A stretch of 62,956 nucleotides of DNA, filler included, from Lenisia limosa (GCA_001655205.1; 8 parts of 8 records of this genome joined end to end with filler, not necessarily neighbours in it), one strand, 5' to 3'; numbered from the whole stretch's first letter, positions 11,959 through 25,399 are shown. Made by a program: numbers and translations. The notes: generated from the letters alone by a model not told the origin.

Positions 11959-14671
11959 CCAATCATTTGCCTTGTGCACAGAGGCTACATCATATGGTAT
12001 ATCACCGATATCCTGAAAAGCATTCTTCATTCTATCACTGTTAATATCATATGCTTCCAAAACCAACCCGTTTCTTCTTCGCTTGTATGGAGTTGACCTT
12101 CTTGGCTGGAAAATTGTTAAAATAGGATTTACACAAAGGGTATTTTCACCATAATAATAATCTCTTTAGGGTCAACGTCATATATAAGTATATAGTATAC
12201 GTAATATGATATATACTATATATACATGTAGTATATATATGCGCTATTTGGTATGTATGGTTATGTCAGGCCATAATTCAAATGTATATAATAGTATATA
12301 ATGTATATCAATGGGGGTGTGTTTTCTGGGAGCAAAATGTATAATATATCAATCATATAATATATATATCACATAATATATATAATATATATACTGTATA
12401 TGTATATCATATACTGTATATCATATACTGTATCCCCCTCCACCGGTGTTTTTTTTTTTTTGNNNNNNNNNNNNNNNNNNNNNNNNNNNNNNNNNNNNNN
12501 NNNNNNNNNNNNNNNNNNNNNNNNNNNNNNNNNNNNNNNNNNNNNNNNNNNNNNNNNNNNNNNNNNNNNNNNNNNNNNNNNNNNNNNNNNNNNNNNNNNA
12601 CAATTCTTTATTTTTACTCGAATTTTTTTTGCCCTTTTTTAAAAAAAAAGAGACAAAAATTGACGTAAAGATTAATTGATGAACCTTTTAAAATTATTGA
12701 TTGTCAGATCAAAGAAATTAATGAGGCAGATATGATCCGCCTGTTTAATAAAATTACTGTTTTTGAACCAAATGGTAGTATATTTGAAGTAGAAGCACAT
12801 ATTTGTCTAATAGAAAAATTTAGATACTATACATTTCATTTGTATATATAATGGGGGTATGTCATATCTGGCATTGTATATATATAATATGTAATGTAGT
12901 TATATATGATGGAACCCAAAAAATATATATCTTATTATATCTGAGAGATTGATATAGTCTTTCTGATTTAGTGTCAAGGACTACGGGCATACCTTCGCTT
13001 TTTTCCTTCTCCAAAATATCACTTAGAGAGGAGTCGGGGGTGGGTGGGGCGGTAATGGGTTGGGAGTAGGCNNNNNNNNNNNNNNNNNNNNNNNNNNNNN
13101 NNNNNNNNNNNNNNNNNNNNNNNNNNNNNNNNNNNNNNNNNNNNNNNNNNNNNNNNNNNNNNNNNNNNNNNNNNNNNNNNNNNNNNNNNNNNNNNNNNNN
13201 NATAAGCTGCTTGTTCTAAAACTCTTAAAAGGACTTCTGTCTTAAAACTGGTCTGAAAAAAAAAAGCAGGAAGGACCCCCATTATAAAATACCCCATTAT
13301 TTCTGCTTACCTTGTAGCGTGAGGTGAACAAGGTGGACACGGGAGATGGGATAGTTACCCATGGGCTAAGTGGTGAGGTTAATGCTCGAAATGTTTCTTT
13401 TCATTATAAAACTGGTCAAATATCATTGCTTCAATTGTCCAAAGTTGGTAGATATCGATATTTATTGAAATACTATCGAGATATTCCATAATAACATAAT
13501 AACGGTCAAACTGTAACACCAACATAACCCAAAAATCCAAAAACATAACCCAAATAACCCCAACAACACAAACCCAACAACATAACCCAGATATATTCCA
13601 TCAAAGAACCCCCCCTACGAGCTCGGAAGAGTGCAGGATGTGCGTGACTTTCTTATCAAAAAAGCTCACAGCTTGAGACTACAGGGTTTAAAAGTGGACG
13701 GGAGGGGGGTCAGTCTGAATAAAAAGGAGAGAATGGAATCAAATACGATCCGTGGNNNNNNNNNNNNNNNNNNNNNNNNNNNNNNNNNNNNNNNNNNNNN
13801 NNNNNNNNNNNNNNNNNNNNNNNNNNNNNNNNNNNNNNNNNNNNAGCCAGGCCAGTCGTTTCTGCAGCACCGCATCCCATCACTCCAGTGTATAGTAAAA
13901 TTGAAAAGATTAAATATGTAAAATAAAGATAGAGGGGAGCCTACGAGGTCCACTCCATGCTCCAAAATGGCTTCTTTGAGAGCATCAGATTCGGGTGACG
14001 GGTCAACAAACAGCGTTTTATCTGGAGGGTGACAAAGCAGGGAGAGTGAGTGTATTATGCCAAAATATTTCTCTTTTCTAACTCTTAACCTTCACCTTGG
14101 AGAAACACTATCAATACATATTGAGAGCCTATCGTTAAACGAAGATAGTTCAACCCTTAGTTACCCCCCCCCCCCCNNNNNNNNNNNNNNNNNNNNNNNN
14201 NNNNNNNNNNNNNNNNNNNNNNNNNNNNNNNNNNNNNNNNNNNNNNNNNNNNNGTGGAGGCATGAACTACAAGTGTGAGATATACAATTAAAAGTGTAGA
14301 TATTAACTCTATTAGCTTTTGATGCGTGCAAACGCAGAGGGCATGGGGGTTGAGAAAAATAAATAAAACAAACAAACATATAACCAACAACAAGTAAATT
14401 GCGGTTATTATTTTTAAAAAATACAACACAAACAGCCATGCGATTTTACATCCCTCATAGAAACGTTACCAGCCTTCGTTACAAAAGGCTTTATTCCCAT
14501 GGTGATGATGACTCACACCAGAGGAAATAAAATGAGATTCAGCATAAATTGTCAACAAAACGATAGAGGAAACTCGAGCGATATCAAAGAAAGACAGAAT
14601 AGCAAGAGGGATGATCCACCATTCCCACGTTCATCGCTAGTCATTGAGCCGAATGAAGCTTTTCGAGACAT
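11959..14671 (-). CDS. BRCT-like (Dbf4 motif-N-like) domain protein; multi-exon, 3' end unresolved
   Basis: Exons give MSRKASFGSMTSDE.., DKTLFVDPSPESDALKEAILEHGVDL / SQAVSFFDKKVTHILHSSEL, TSFKTEVLLRVLEQAAY and DIGDIPYDVASVHKANDW. FFDKKVTHIL resembles the BRCT/Dbf4-N beta strand. No Dbf4 motif M or C zinc finger is seen. Confidence 0.4.
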
Positions 14672-14985
14672 CCAATTAGCTTCGGTACCCTCGCATTGGA
14701 TCTCCGGATGACAAGATGATGGGGAAACGTGTGAAAGCGAGAGGGGCTACTAAGCAGAATGGATACCCTTTATGATTCAAAATGAAACGTTATTCAATGA
14801 TGGTAGTAATATGGTGACGGAGAGGGAGAAAAAAAAAAATCCAAAACGATAAAAGAGCAGCCGTGCCGGTGTAATATAGTTTAACTTTTTTTGGCCAAAA
14901 AATGGCCTTTATTCAACAACATTGAACATATTGTTTCAATAATTAGAAAAAGATTGATCCAGAGTGAGATGTCTCTCGTTTAGAA

Positions 14986-17900
14986 ATGGCGGACAGTCTC
15001 CCTCTTGCGGTGGAGAGCCTTGATTTAGGCGAACCATCAACAGACAACACCGAAACCACTAATCAGAAACCCGATTCCCCTTCCCCTTTCCCCCTAGCCT
15101 CCCCTTCCTCAACAGATGATCTCAAGGACATTGATCAAGCTCCTGGGCGGGACTCTCCCCATCCGTAAGCTTTTCTATCAATACAGTTGCATTTCTGGGG
15201 AGATTTTATGGAGATACCTTCAAAAACTTGAGGGGATATTTCGCTCAACTCTATGTTTCAATGCGTGATCACTTCGGGGAAGAAGAGGTTTTTAACATTT
15301 TTGGGCGTGTTTGATATGATTGATTACATGATTATTAGGGTTTCCCTTCGGTTTGAAAAATACCGATAAAATATCGATAGTTTTCGAGGATTTATCGATA
15401 AATTCAGCCGTTTCATGAACCGAAGTGAAGCCTTGAGCAAGAATGGATTTTATTACCCCATTTAACATCGTAGGAACTTTACAAACGAGGGTGAAGGCAC
15501 CCCATTATCCCGAGATGAAGAGGAGGACGAGGAAATCACTGAAGAAATGGAACAGCAAGTCAGAGACAGGGCCGAGAGTGTCTGTTGTGAGTGGGTTCAT
15601 CTTCACAGCTTGTTATAGATTGAGGGGCACAATAATATTCAAAAGACTGGCTTATTCTTCCGTCACTATTCTCATTTTGCTACATACTACATGTATATAT
15701 CAGGCATCATATTATTCAAGGGTTTTGTGGGGCATTGATGTNNNNNNNNNNNNNNNNNNNNNNNNNNNNNNNNNNNNNNNNNNNNNNNNNNNNNNNNNNN
15801 NNNNNNNNNNNNNNNNNNNNNNNNNNNNNNNNNNNTTTTTTTTGTTAAGTTATAAATTCCGATTTTACATTTTACATTTAACCCCCCACCCACCCTCTCC
15901 TCCACTTTTCATAAAATGTCCATATTACCTGAGCTTTGTTTGCTTTGCTACTTGCAACCCTTGTATGAGTAAATTGTCCAGAGTTGATTTTGGGATTTTT
16001 TTTAAAAAAAAATTTTTTCCATTTTCATAGTACCATTATTCTTCATCGAAATTTCCTTCGTTTACCCCCCCCCNNNNNNNNNNNNNNNNNNNNNNNNNNN
16101 NNNNNNNNNNNNNNNNNNNNNNNNNNNNNNNNNNNNNNNNNNNNNNNNNNNNNNNNNNNNNNNNNNNNNNNNNNNNNNNNNNNNNNNNNNNNNNNNNNNN
16201 NNNNNNNNNNNNNNNNNNNNNNNNNATGGCGTGCCGCAATTTATTGACCAGGGTGGGATGGGGCTCTGATTATAATATCATGTAGTTATGGTCAGTTTAA
16301 TTTCTTCCCTTTTGTGGGTTGATTTTGTTTCTTGTTTCCTTAATGTATTTTATTGATCTAAAAAACAATCCCACTCAATTTCCACATAGAGCCTTCCGAC
16401 CCAAAGTTTGCCATGCACAACAAGCACATCTTCATCATGTCAAGTGCTGGCAAGCCAATTTACACCAGGTAGGACTGTGGNNNNNNNNNNNNNNNNNNNN
16501 NNNNNNNNNNNNNNNNNNNNNNNNNNNNNNNNNNNNNNNNNNNNNNNNNNNNNNNNNNNNNNNNNNNNNNNNNNNNNNNNNNNNNNNNNNNNNNNNNNNN
16601 NNNNNNNNNNNNNNNNNNNNNAATAAGCTGACAATTGATTATACTGTACCATAGTTATAACAGACTTTTGAAATGAATCTCGGAAGTTACTTTTGAAATT
16701 GCTTTTTCTGGGCCGAAAGTGAAAGCCATTGACGTTTCACCATTTTCAGATATGGTGATGAAGCGAGTTTGGGGTCTTTGATGGGCGTGTTCTATGCCAT
16801 GATCTCCTTCGTACAAGACGAGGNNNNNNNNNNNNNNNNNNNNNNNNNNNNNNNNNNNNNNNNNNNNNNNNNNNNNNNNNNNNNNNNNNNNNNNNNNNNN
16901 NNNNNNNNNNNNNNNNNNNNNNNNNNNNNNNNNNNNNNNNNNNNNNNNNNNNNNNNNNNNNNNNNNNNNNNNNNNNNNNNNNNNNNNNNNNNNNNNNNNN
17001 NNNNNNNNNNNNNNNNNNNNNNNNNNNNNNNNNNNNNNNNNNNNNNTGATCATTTCGGGAATCTTTCGAATATGGTAACTCAACCCCGTTCCCCCTGACC
17101 TTGTGCACAAAGATTCACGAAACAGAGCAGAACCTGAGCTAAGACACTGCTGACAATATGCCTTTTTCGCACTCTCGCACTCTCTCTTTTTTCTTATTTT
17201 TATTTTACCCCCACCCCTAGGACGATTACTGCTGGGAACGTCACAATTTCCTTCCTTGTTCGGGGCTCAATATACCTGGTGGAAGTGTCAAAGTCAGGCG
17301 AAAATGCTATGTACCTCCACAGGACACTGTCCACTCTCCACAGCCAAATTATCTCCATCCTCACTTCCCACATCGAAGCCATCTTCAGGAATAAGGCGAG
17401 GTAGGTTACCTTGAAAACTCGTTTTTTCTCGTTCTTTCATATTTTTTTTTTGTTAAACCCCATCCACCAGTTATAACCATAACCATTTCGCGGTGCTGCA
17501 GAAGAGACAGGCCTGGGCTTTGTTTGTTTTGTTATCAACCCTCGTGTGTTATCACCCAATAGAGTTTATTCTGGGCTTTTTTTTTATTTCATAAATTTTC
17601 CAATTCCCCCCCCCCCCCCNNNNNNNNNNNNNNNNNNNNNNNNNNNNNNNNNNNNNNNNNNNNNNNNNNNNNNNNNNNNNNNNNNNNNNNNNNNNNNNNN
17701 NNNNCACCAAATAGTCCCGATCATGGACTACGAGCTCTCCTACATGGCCAACGCCGTCCAGTGTGTTCCTCTTGATCCTGCAGTCAGGAAGAAGATCTAC
17801 TCCATCATGGCGTCCGTACATGTTTGCTGGTGGCAACGGAAAATCTATTCAATACAAGCTCACGTTTACTGATTTCTGAGTAGGTGCCCAACCTTGTATA

Positions 17901-20782
17901 TGGGCTCATTATCTCACGCCATCGACTTGTGGCGCTCGCGCGCGTCAAAAAACACCTCCTCCACCCCTCCGGTACGATATAATAACACATCGTTCTTCCT
18001 AGGAATACGGTACGTATATCAATATCAGCAAAATGATCAAAAGCAGCATCTCTCAACAATTGACAGAGCGCCATAACTGATGTAGATCTCCACCTTCTCT
18101 ATAACTTTGTTTCTGGCAACTCCCACACCCTCAACGGTGGTGATGCCTGGACCCCCATCTGCCTCCCCGGTACGCGGAATTTGAAAATCATATGATAAAA
18201 TCAAAGCTTGGATTTACCAAATAAAAAAGACAGTATTGGCTGGTATAGTTACCTTGCTATGACGGTGAAACTCAGGGGTAAACAATAATTGCAGTATACA
18301 AAGGTTCCCAAATCTCTGTTACTTTTTTTATCCAACACTACCAAAAAAAGGCGGTAATATGTGTTCTATTAGTATATCATATTATATTCAGCCGTTCGTC
18401 AAAAGCCGTCTCACTCTTTGTTCTACATTAACCGCCGTAACTTGATCACTGAGTTTCAACAGAGTCTTTACTGCTCAAAATATGTATCATAGATCTGACA
18501 ATCGCAGCCTTTAACCCAGCATCCTACCTCTACGCCTATATCTCCGCCCTTGCCCCCCAAGTTAACTTAGTTTTGGTGGGGGGGGGGGTCATTAATTCCT
18601 TGATTTCCGCCCAAGTCATCTGTTTCGTTCTTTTTCGGGCGAACTGAATCCCTGATATGAGGCATCTCGATAACAATATCCACACCAATTGATGTGTATT
18701 TTTATGTAATACCCATTTTATTTTTCACTTTTATAGCTATGTTCATATGATATAATATGTGAGACAATTTGATACTGTTCCAAACAAACCCAAATTGACC
18801 AACGCAGCTGTCGACCAGTGCTGGCGACTTCGGGAACCTGGCTGACATCCGACAAACTATCCATAATGTATGCTGGGGAGGCACGCAGAAAGTTGTGTGC
18901 ACCGAGTTGTAAGCCTAATGGTCGGTGACAGTGTGGATGGCTTCAACCAGATACAAGCTTGTTTTATTTCTCTCTCTATAATACTTAGTATTAATTTGCT
19001 TTTCCTACATTCTACATTTTTGCAGTAGTCTCTTTTGAAACTAGGATCATTAAGTTTTAGCGGGATAATATATAACTATGATATGTAATATCTCTTATAA
19101 ACGTGATGGTGTGGACGGCTTCGGCGAGATACATCTTTATTTTTTATTTCTCATTGCTATCTATGATACGTAATATAATATTATTCATATGTATGTAAGA
19201 GTAATATCCCTGATAAAGAGTCCACTAATGCATAATAAAATCTGAAATCCAGGTCCTGCTAACATTCCAGTCGTTAGTGGGCTGCGGAGCGCTGACCACC
19301 ATTGAGGCGGCTGTGAAGGAGTGGAACTACGTTANNNNNNNNNNNNNNNNNNNNNNNNNNNNNNNNNNNNNNNNNNNNNNNNNNNNNTCAGACACTTCTT
19401 CTACAAGTTAGGGGGGGGGGTAGCGTTCACACTATCGATACTGCTTTGTCCTATATCATACGTCTGATATGATATGATATAATATAGTTTTTTATGATTA
19501 ATGTACCCAATCATTGCCTAACACTCTAGATGGAACTCCAATGTACAGATCACGGCCCCTTGCTTCACGGCTCCCTACGATACCCCGGAAGAGAGGCAAA
19601 GGTCTGAAGGGTTGTGTTTCTTTAGCCCTAGCGCTACACTTTCTTTTCGATTTTTATTTTTGTGTTGTTTTTATTCCAATGTCGAAAATAGACTGAAAAT
19701 CTCGATATTTGTTCCGAAATATATCGATATTTCACAAGTATTTTTACCAAAGTGAAGCCCTGTTTCACCCCTCCCGATGGAATGGTCAGGTCGACAATCA
19801 TGACTGTTCCTTGCAACATATTATACTACATCATGATACCTTAATCAAAATATTTTTTTGTTGTTGTTTTTTGTGGTTTTCTTCATCAAGCATATTTTTA
19901 ACTCCTAGTTTAGCTTTGTTTGTATTCCTTCCTGTCTATGACTAAAAAAGCGGATTACAAACAGAATCAATCGGAATGTTTATTATCAATTGACATTTTA
20001 CCCTCGCCAGACTGTTCCGTTTGTATCAGGAGCTCCAGTTGAAGTTGGAAGATAACAATCTCAAGGTCCTATACACCGTCACAAAACACGAGGTTTGTTA
20101 TCGTTGATTTCATTTACCCTCTAATCTCTGCTGCTTACTTCACTTCCCCATTTACCCCCCTCCTCCCTAGTTGGAGCTTCACTTCGGTTCGAAAAAAGGC
20201 TGAATTTCTCGATAAATCCCCTAAAGCTATCGATATTTTATCGTAATTTTTCGAACCGAAGTAAAACCCTACTCCTAATCCCTTTACGTCAATATCCTTC
20301 GTCACAATATCCTTCGTTTTACNNNNNNNNNNNNNNNNNNNNNNNNNNNNNNNNNNNNNNNNNNNNNNNNNNNNNNNNNNNNNNNNNNNTTCCCTCCCGA
20401 GCTGCGCAAACCAGCAACTATCACTCTCTGCAACAAACTTTTGCGGTAGGCCTGTTTCTGGGTGTATTTGGGTCATACACTTCTGTTTATGGTTCTATAA
20501 TTAGCTTTATATTCAACTTCATAATATGCATAACATTTTTTACATGTATATGTATAAGAGCTATTTTGGGCACCTTTGCCTGAGAATCCCTGCTCTCATA
20601 AACTACCGCTTGCTTCGGCCAGGTTCCCTCTCCTATTTCGCAATATTTTTACTTATGATATCATCTTCAATATAACGTGATGGTCTATTATTTCACACTT
20701 CAACATTTGCCTGACTCATTTGTGAAGGTGGATCAAGGAGCGTGAGAAGAGCCTCTTCGTTTTGAACAGTACTGTTTGGTAA
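14986..20782 (+). CDS. MON1: Vacuolar fusion protein MON1 (Rab7 GEF subunit), essentially full length, multi-exon
   Basis: KHIFIMSSAGKPIYTR/YGDE (16410-16770), FLVRGSIYLVEVS, LSYMANAVQCVPLDPAVRK, HLLHPSDLHLLYNFV..AWTPICLP, FNPASYLYAYIS and TITLCNKLLR/WIKEREKSLFVLNSTVW* (TAA 20780-20782). Confidence 0.93.
15338..15433. mobile_element. MITE family A copy (MON1 intron)
   Basis: TA-GGGTTTCCCTTCGG...CCGAAGTGAAGCC with the ATCGAT-rich core. Confidence 0.85.
17489..17619 (+). repeat. Family B full-length copy with GC-rich head, at the 3' end of a MON1 intron
   Basis: CGCGGTGCTGCAGAAGAGACAGGCCTGGGCTTTG..AACCCTCGTGTG..CATAAATTTTCCAATTCCCCCC, then a gap, then an exon. Confidence 0.87.
19088..19157 (+). 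repeat. Intronic repeat family D (about 55-75 bp); other copies at 18931-18972 (+) and 11870-11932, 53700-53755, 54817-54864, 59704-59738 (all -)
   Basis: Consensus ATCTCTTATAAACGTGATGGTGTGGACGGCTTCGGCCAGATACAACTTGTTTTATTTCTCATTGC. Confidence 0.8.
20174..20269. mobile_element. MITE family A copy (MON1 intron, opposite orientation)
   Basis: GAGCTTCACTTCGGTTCGAAAAAAG...TTCGAACCGAAGTAAAACCC-TA. Confidence 0.85.
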
Positions 20783-21285
20783 CTATTTATTATGCATTTT
20801 CTTTGAGAAAGATCAATGGGGAAATTGAATATGCTATCCAACCACTCGTTTTTCCACTTAATTGTTCGAAAACAAACATCATATCATCGTATCAAGGCAT
20901 ATCATATTGTTAAGTTGACTTAGTGGAGAAGTGGACTCTCTTAGGTTGGGGATTTGGAGTTGTTAGGTTGGTTAGGAGGTGGAGTAAGGCGCCTTGGTGG
21001 AGTAAATCGGATAAACATATCGATATATGTAGAATCATGCTTGAATGCCCCCCTCTCTGGCGTCTACTGGTTTATTACAGTACTACAGCACTAAGCGGGT
21101 CCAAAGCTGACAGCCTAACGACGACAAGAGCCTGGCAAGAGGGTGAGCTTCTGAATTTTATCTTCATGCATGCATGATGCATGTTACAATGTTGTGGACT
21201 ACCGTTCCCCCAGGTCCGCCTTCACCTAGTCAAAAAAATTGCAAATTGAAAGTATATAGAGGGCAATCACTGATTCTCTGTCACC

Positions 21286-24200
21286 ATGTCGAACATGGCG
21301 CAGATGTATGAGTTTGAGCAGGAGTTTGAGAAACTTAAAGTGATCGGGCGCGGTTCTTTTGGAGCAGGTTGGTTGTTGTCTTCATTCCCAGCCTTCTAAC
21401 CCTTCTTTTCACCACAGCATGGCTTGTAAGACGCTTATCCGGTGAGCTATCCACGTTTCCAAGGCCTCCCTTCTGACCTTTTTAGACTCAAAAGTCTGTG
21501 TGTTGAAGTTGATCGATGTTTCTGGCATGAGTGAAGCTGAGCGGAAATCTGTTGGTGGATAGTAATGATCTTTCTATTTTGATCGATCATGGAAGCTTGG
21601 GGCTGTTACAGGGGAAGAATATATGTTTATATGATATGTAAACTTGTTTAATTTGTGGTTGTGTGGAGCACTATCAACAGAGACATCCTTTTTCACTCTC
21701 TGCATAGCAATATATAGCTTTATTTAACAATCACATTGCCCCTAAGTAACGTGAAGATGAGCATTAAGTTAATAGCACCATGTCTTATTGCAAGAGCTTC
21801 ACTTCACACTGAACAAAAGACTGAATTCTCCGATAAATACTCGATAAATATTGACATTCTTTCGTTCTTTTTGGGACCATAGTGGGCACTAACGAACCAT
21901 TCAGGCGATCAGTGAAGTGAAGTTCATGGCCATTCTCAAACACCCCTGTATCGTCTCGTACATGGACTCTTTCTTCGACAGTCGTGGGACTATTTTGGTG
22001 GGTGCGGCTTTATAAAAATTATTTCGGTTAGTGTTGTAATGTGCTTTGTCTCTCAATTGTGTTTCTTTAAAATCTATAATAGTGTCTTGCCCGCCAACGT
22101 AGTTGATTTTTGGGCTGTTTTGTCATTTTATCAGTGAGTTGTCAGCCAACAGAGTTGACTTTGGGCCTTATTATTTGTTTCTCACATTTTCCAATTTACT
22201 CTCTNNNNNNNNNNNNNNNNNNNNNNNNNNNNNNNNNNNNNNNNNNNNNNNNNNNNNNNNNNNNNNNNNNNNNNNNNNNNNNNNNNNNNNNNNNGGAACC
22301 TTGGACGTCTTATCAAGAAAAATGAACTCATGAACAGATACATGCCTGAAGAGGTTTGCCAGCAATACCTAAGACATCCATTGTCAACGCAATATGCTTT
22401 CCAAATAATCATATCACCAAACAATCATTTGTGAGTGTAATCGCGAGGTTGAACCGCATAGACCACATCCAAATCTTCGGGAAGGATAAGTGTTGTGCGT
22501 GTGGAATGTGGTTGAAAACGATTCTTATCTGTTTATCTTCAACTTTGCCCCAAGTAAAACGATATCCAGATGTTTGAAGGGTCGGGTTCACTTTTTAGGA
22601 CGTACTCTTTTATTTCAGTCAAATAGTCCTTGCCCTCCATCACTGCCACGAAAAGCGATTCCTTCACAGGGATATCAAGGTGGGGGGGGGGGGGGNNNNN
22701 NNNNNNNNNNNNNNNNNNNNNNNNNNNNNNNNNNNNNNNNNNNCCTTTCATTATCGTAGAATATGCGGGTTTCACCTACCGTATTTCAGGAGCTATATTA
22801 TGTTTCTAAAAACAAACCGGGTTGGACACGTTCTCGATATATACACATCGATGTCTTTTGGGTTTGAAAGTGAAACTCCCCTTTTACCTCTTCTTTCGTC
22901 GCCGTAACCACTTTTAGCCTGAGAACGTTTTCCTCACAGACGGAGACAAAGTCAAATTGGGCGATTTTGGTCTTGGCAGGTTGCTTGTGGGGGGGGGGGG
23001 TGCAGTGTTTACGTATTGCTTTTTCATTCTTTACAAGATCAGAGTTGTCTTGTTGCTTTGTGTATCTAGGATCTATCTAGAAATTTGTTCCTCTTTGCAA
23101 AAGTCACATTGTAGGAGCACACACAGGATCTAGCTTCAACTAGAGTGGGCACCCCGTTTACCATTTCTCCGGAAGTTGTGGAAGGAAAAAAGTGGGCTAT
23201 AATAAGCACTGTGGTTGTTATACGTTATTCTTCGAGTCATTTTTGGAACCGAGAGAGAAGCTCTTAAACAAACACAACTGGAACCAAATTATTGTCTCCC
23301 ACCCATCCCGTTATGAGATTGCTATTTTTCTCTTTTTTCTGCATTTGATACTTCAGGTATGACAAACAGGCCGATATTTGGTCACTTGGTTGTGTCCTTT
23401 ATGAACTGTTTGAGGGGCTGAGAAGGGTGAATTCAAAGAGTCTATCTATATAAAGGTTTTTCGTTTTTCATTGTATATTAATTCACCCATTCATGTGCTT
23501 CCTTCCTTTTGAGATCCTTTTATTGGACCAAAACATATATTGTACTACAGGACTAATGTGATAAACTATCACTTATGTCTCGTATTAGCGGTACGGCTGT
23601 TTCGGTCAGATAATACCTTGTTTTATTCCTCCTTTCCTCATATCGTGAGATTGAGTCCTATTTCGTATCCTGATCATCTTACTCTTCAGAATGTCAAACA
23701 AGAAACCCTTCTTTGGAACTGTAAGAGGATATGACCATTAGCTATAAATGATTTGTTGTTCTAAAGATTCTATTTGTTTCTTGGATCATAAATGCCATTC
23801 AGTCTTGCATGCTTTCCCAGGTTTTTAGACAAAAGATTCATCTTTTCTCCTCAAGAATGAAATAATTATTGATGTTTACTGTACTTAGTGTTGTTTCTCT
23901 CTTTTCCCACCATTCAAAAACATTTTCCTCACCCCTCCCCACAGTCCCTCCCCGAAGTGATCATGAAGATCACCAAAGCCACCATCGCCCCCCTCCCAGA
24001 CGTTTTCTCCAAACACCTTCGAAGTTGGAGGGGGTCCTATATTAATACGCAAACACAGTTTTGACATAACCGTCGAACATTCTAATGTCAAAGAGCTGTA
24101 TGATATAGGTATAATTGAGTTTATAAATTCCATTGCTTTTGTTTAGGCACACTTAATGAAGGTTCTTTGCATTAATATCAATGGAGAGGTGATTGTGCTA

Positions 24201-24612
24201 CATCGACATTTCTGAGGGAAACCCTAAATGCCATAGCGATGCGCTATGATCCAAAACCCTCTCCTCTCATTGTCTGACATTCCTCTAGCCCTTTGCTACA
24301 GCCTCCTCCAAAAAGACCCTTCCCGTCGCATGACATGCCAACAGGTGCACGGGGGACATCTCAAGGACTTCTCTGCAGTACAATAACAGTGAAATCGTAT
24401 CAATATTACTTTTATCGNNNNNNNNNNNNNNNNNNNNNNNNNNNNNNNNNNNNNNNNNNNNNNNNNAAGCTATCGATGATTTTTCGAGAAATTCAATTTT
24501 TTGGAGATCATAGTCAAAATCCAAACTCACCATCAAGCTCCTTGAATCCCCCATTCTTCGAGGTTCCCTTGAAGACATCATTGCCGCTAGTGTGAGGCTT
24601 GAAAAAAGGTAG
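21286..24612 (+). CDS. NIMA-related (NEK) Ser/Thr kinase, kinase domain only
   Basis: IGRGSFGAAWLV, VCVLKLID, EVKFMAILKHPCIVSYMDSF, QIVLALHHCHEKRFLHRDIK/PENVFL..KLGDFGLGR, GTPFTISPE, YDKQADIWSLGCVLYEL, LLQKDPSRR. Stop TAG at 24610-24612. Confidence 0.9.
21794..21889. mobile_element. MITE family A copy, diverged (NEK intron)
   Basis: GAGCTTCACTTC..AAAAGACTGAATTCTCCGATAAATACTCGATAAATATTGA..CTTTTTGGGACCATAG. Confidence 0.7.
22098..22204 (+). repeat. Family B copy at the 3' end of a NEK intron
   Basis: GTTGTCAGCCAACAGAGTTGACTTTGGGCC..CACATTTTCCAATTTAC, then a gap, then an exon. Confidence 0.75.
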
Positions 24613-24930
24613 GAGTTACCATTGGGTGAAGGCATTATATTAAAAAATATCTGCTTTGGTTTTATTTTTTTGTTGTTTTATATTTCTCAATTTCTTTGAT
24701 TGCCATTCTCTTTTGCTTCTAGATCCAAGAAGAAATAAGCTAGTTATATTTATTTTTTTTGCAGTAAAGTTTCTGTTGAAACTAGGATCATAGAGATCCA
24801 GCGGTTGACGTACTTATCTAGTTAAAATAACAAATACTTTACTAAAATCTAGTTAAAATAATGAAATTTTTACTAAAAATGCAATTTTTGTTCAGGATCG
24901 GATATCAATTGATAGGATGGACATATGTCT

Positions 24931-25003
24931 GCCCGTTTAGCTCAGTCGGTAGAGCGCCAGTCTAATAAACTGGCGGCCGTCGGTTCGAGCCCGACAGTGG
25001 GCA
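24931..25003 (+). tRNA. tRNA-Ile (anticodon AAT), intronless
   Basis: 73-nt cloverleaf: acceptor GCCCGTT/AGTGGGC, D arm GCTC..GAGC, anticodon stem CCAGT-CTAATAA-ACTGG, T arm GTCGG-TTCGAGC-CCGAC, discriminator A. Confidence 0.96.
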
Positions 25004-25004
25004 A

Positions 25005-25013
25005 TTTTTTTTT
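25005..25013 (+). terminator. RNA polymerase III terminator (oligo-T) of tRNA-Ile
   Basis: Nine T residues immediately 3' of the tRNA. Confidence 0.8.
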
Positions 25014-25399
25014 CTTGTTTTTATTTTTTGGTATTTTACAGTATTTGTATTATTTGATTATTTGGTGATATTCGGATTGGCAGTAGCTAAGGGGTCCACT
25101 CCTGAAAAATATACATCAACGTATACCGTATACCACCATTTTTCACCAGGGGGGTACAACACACAGTAATTTATCAAGGATTTTAGAAGATTGACATTCC
25201 AGCGTGTGAATACATTTATCTACCTTTAATGGGGAGGCTCTGCGCTTGCTACTTTCTCTTTTTGCATCTAAACAACATCAGGAAACGAACGACTGGGTCT
25301 GTGTAATATGAGAAAAAGATAAATATCATATACAAGCCAACTTGTACACACCTCAATAGTCTCATGATAAAAAAATATGAACCCTAAAGGATTACAAAG

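Noticed and set aside
12170-12430. TA-rich stretches (also 58200-58260 and 59480-59610) as structured elements
   Set aside because: Low-complexity intronic sequence without defined ends.
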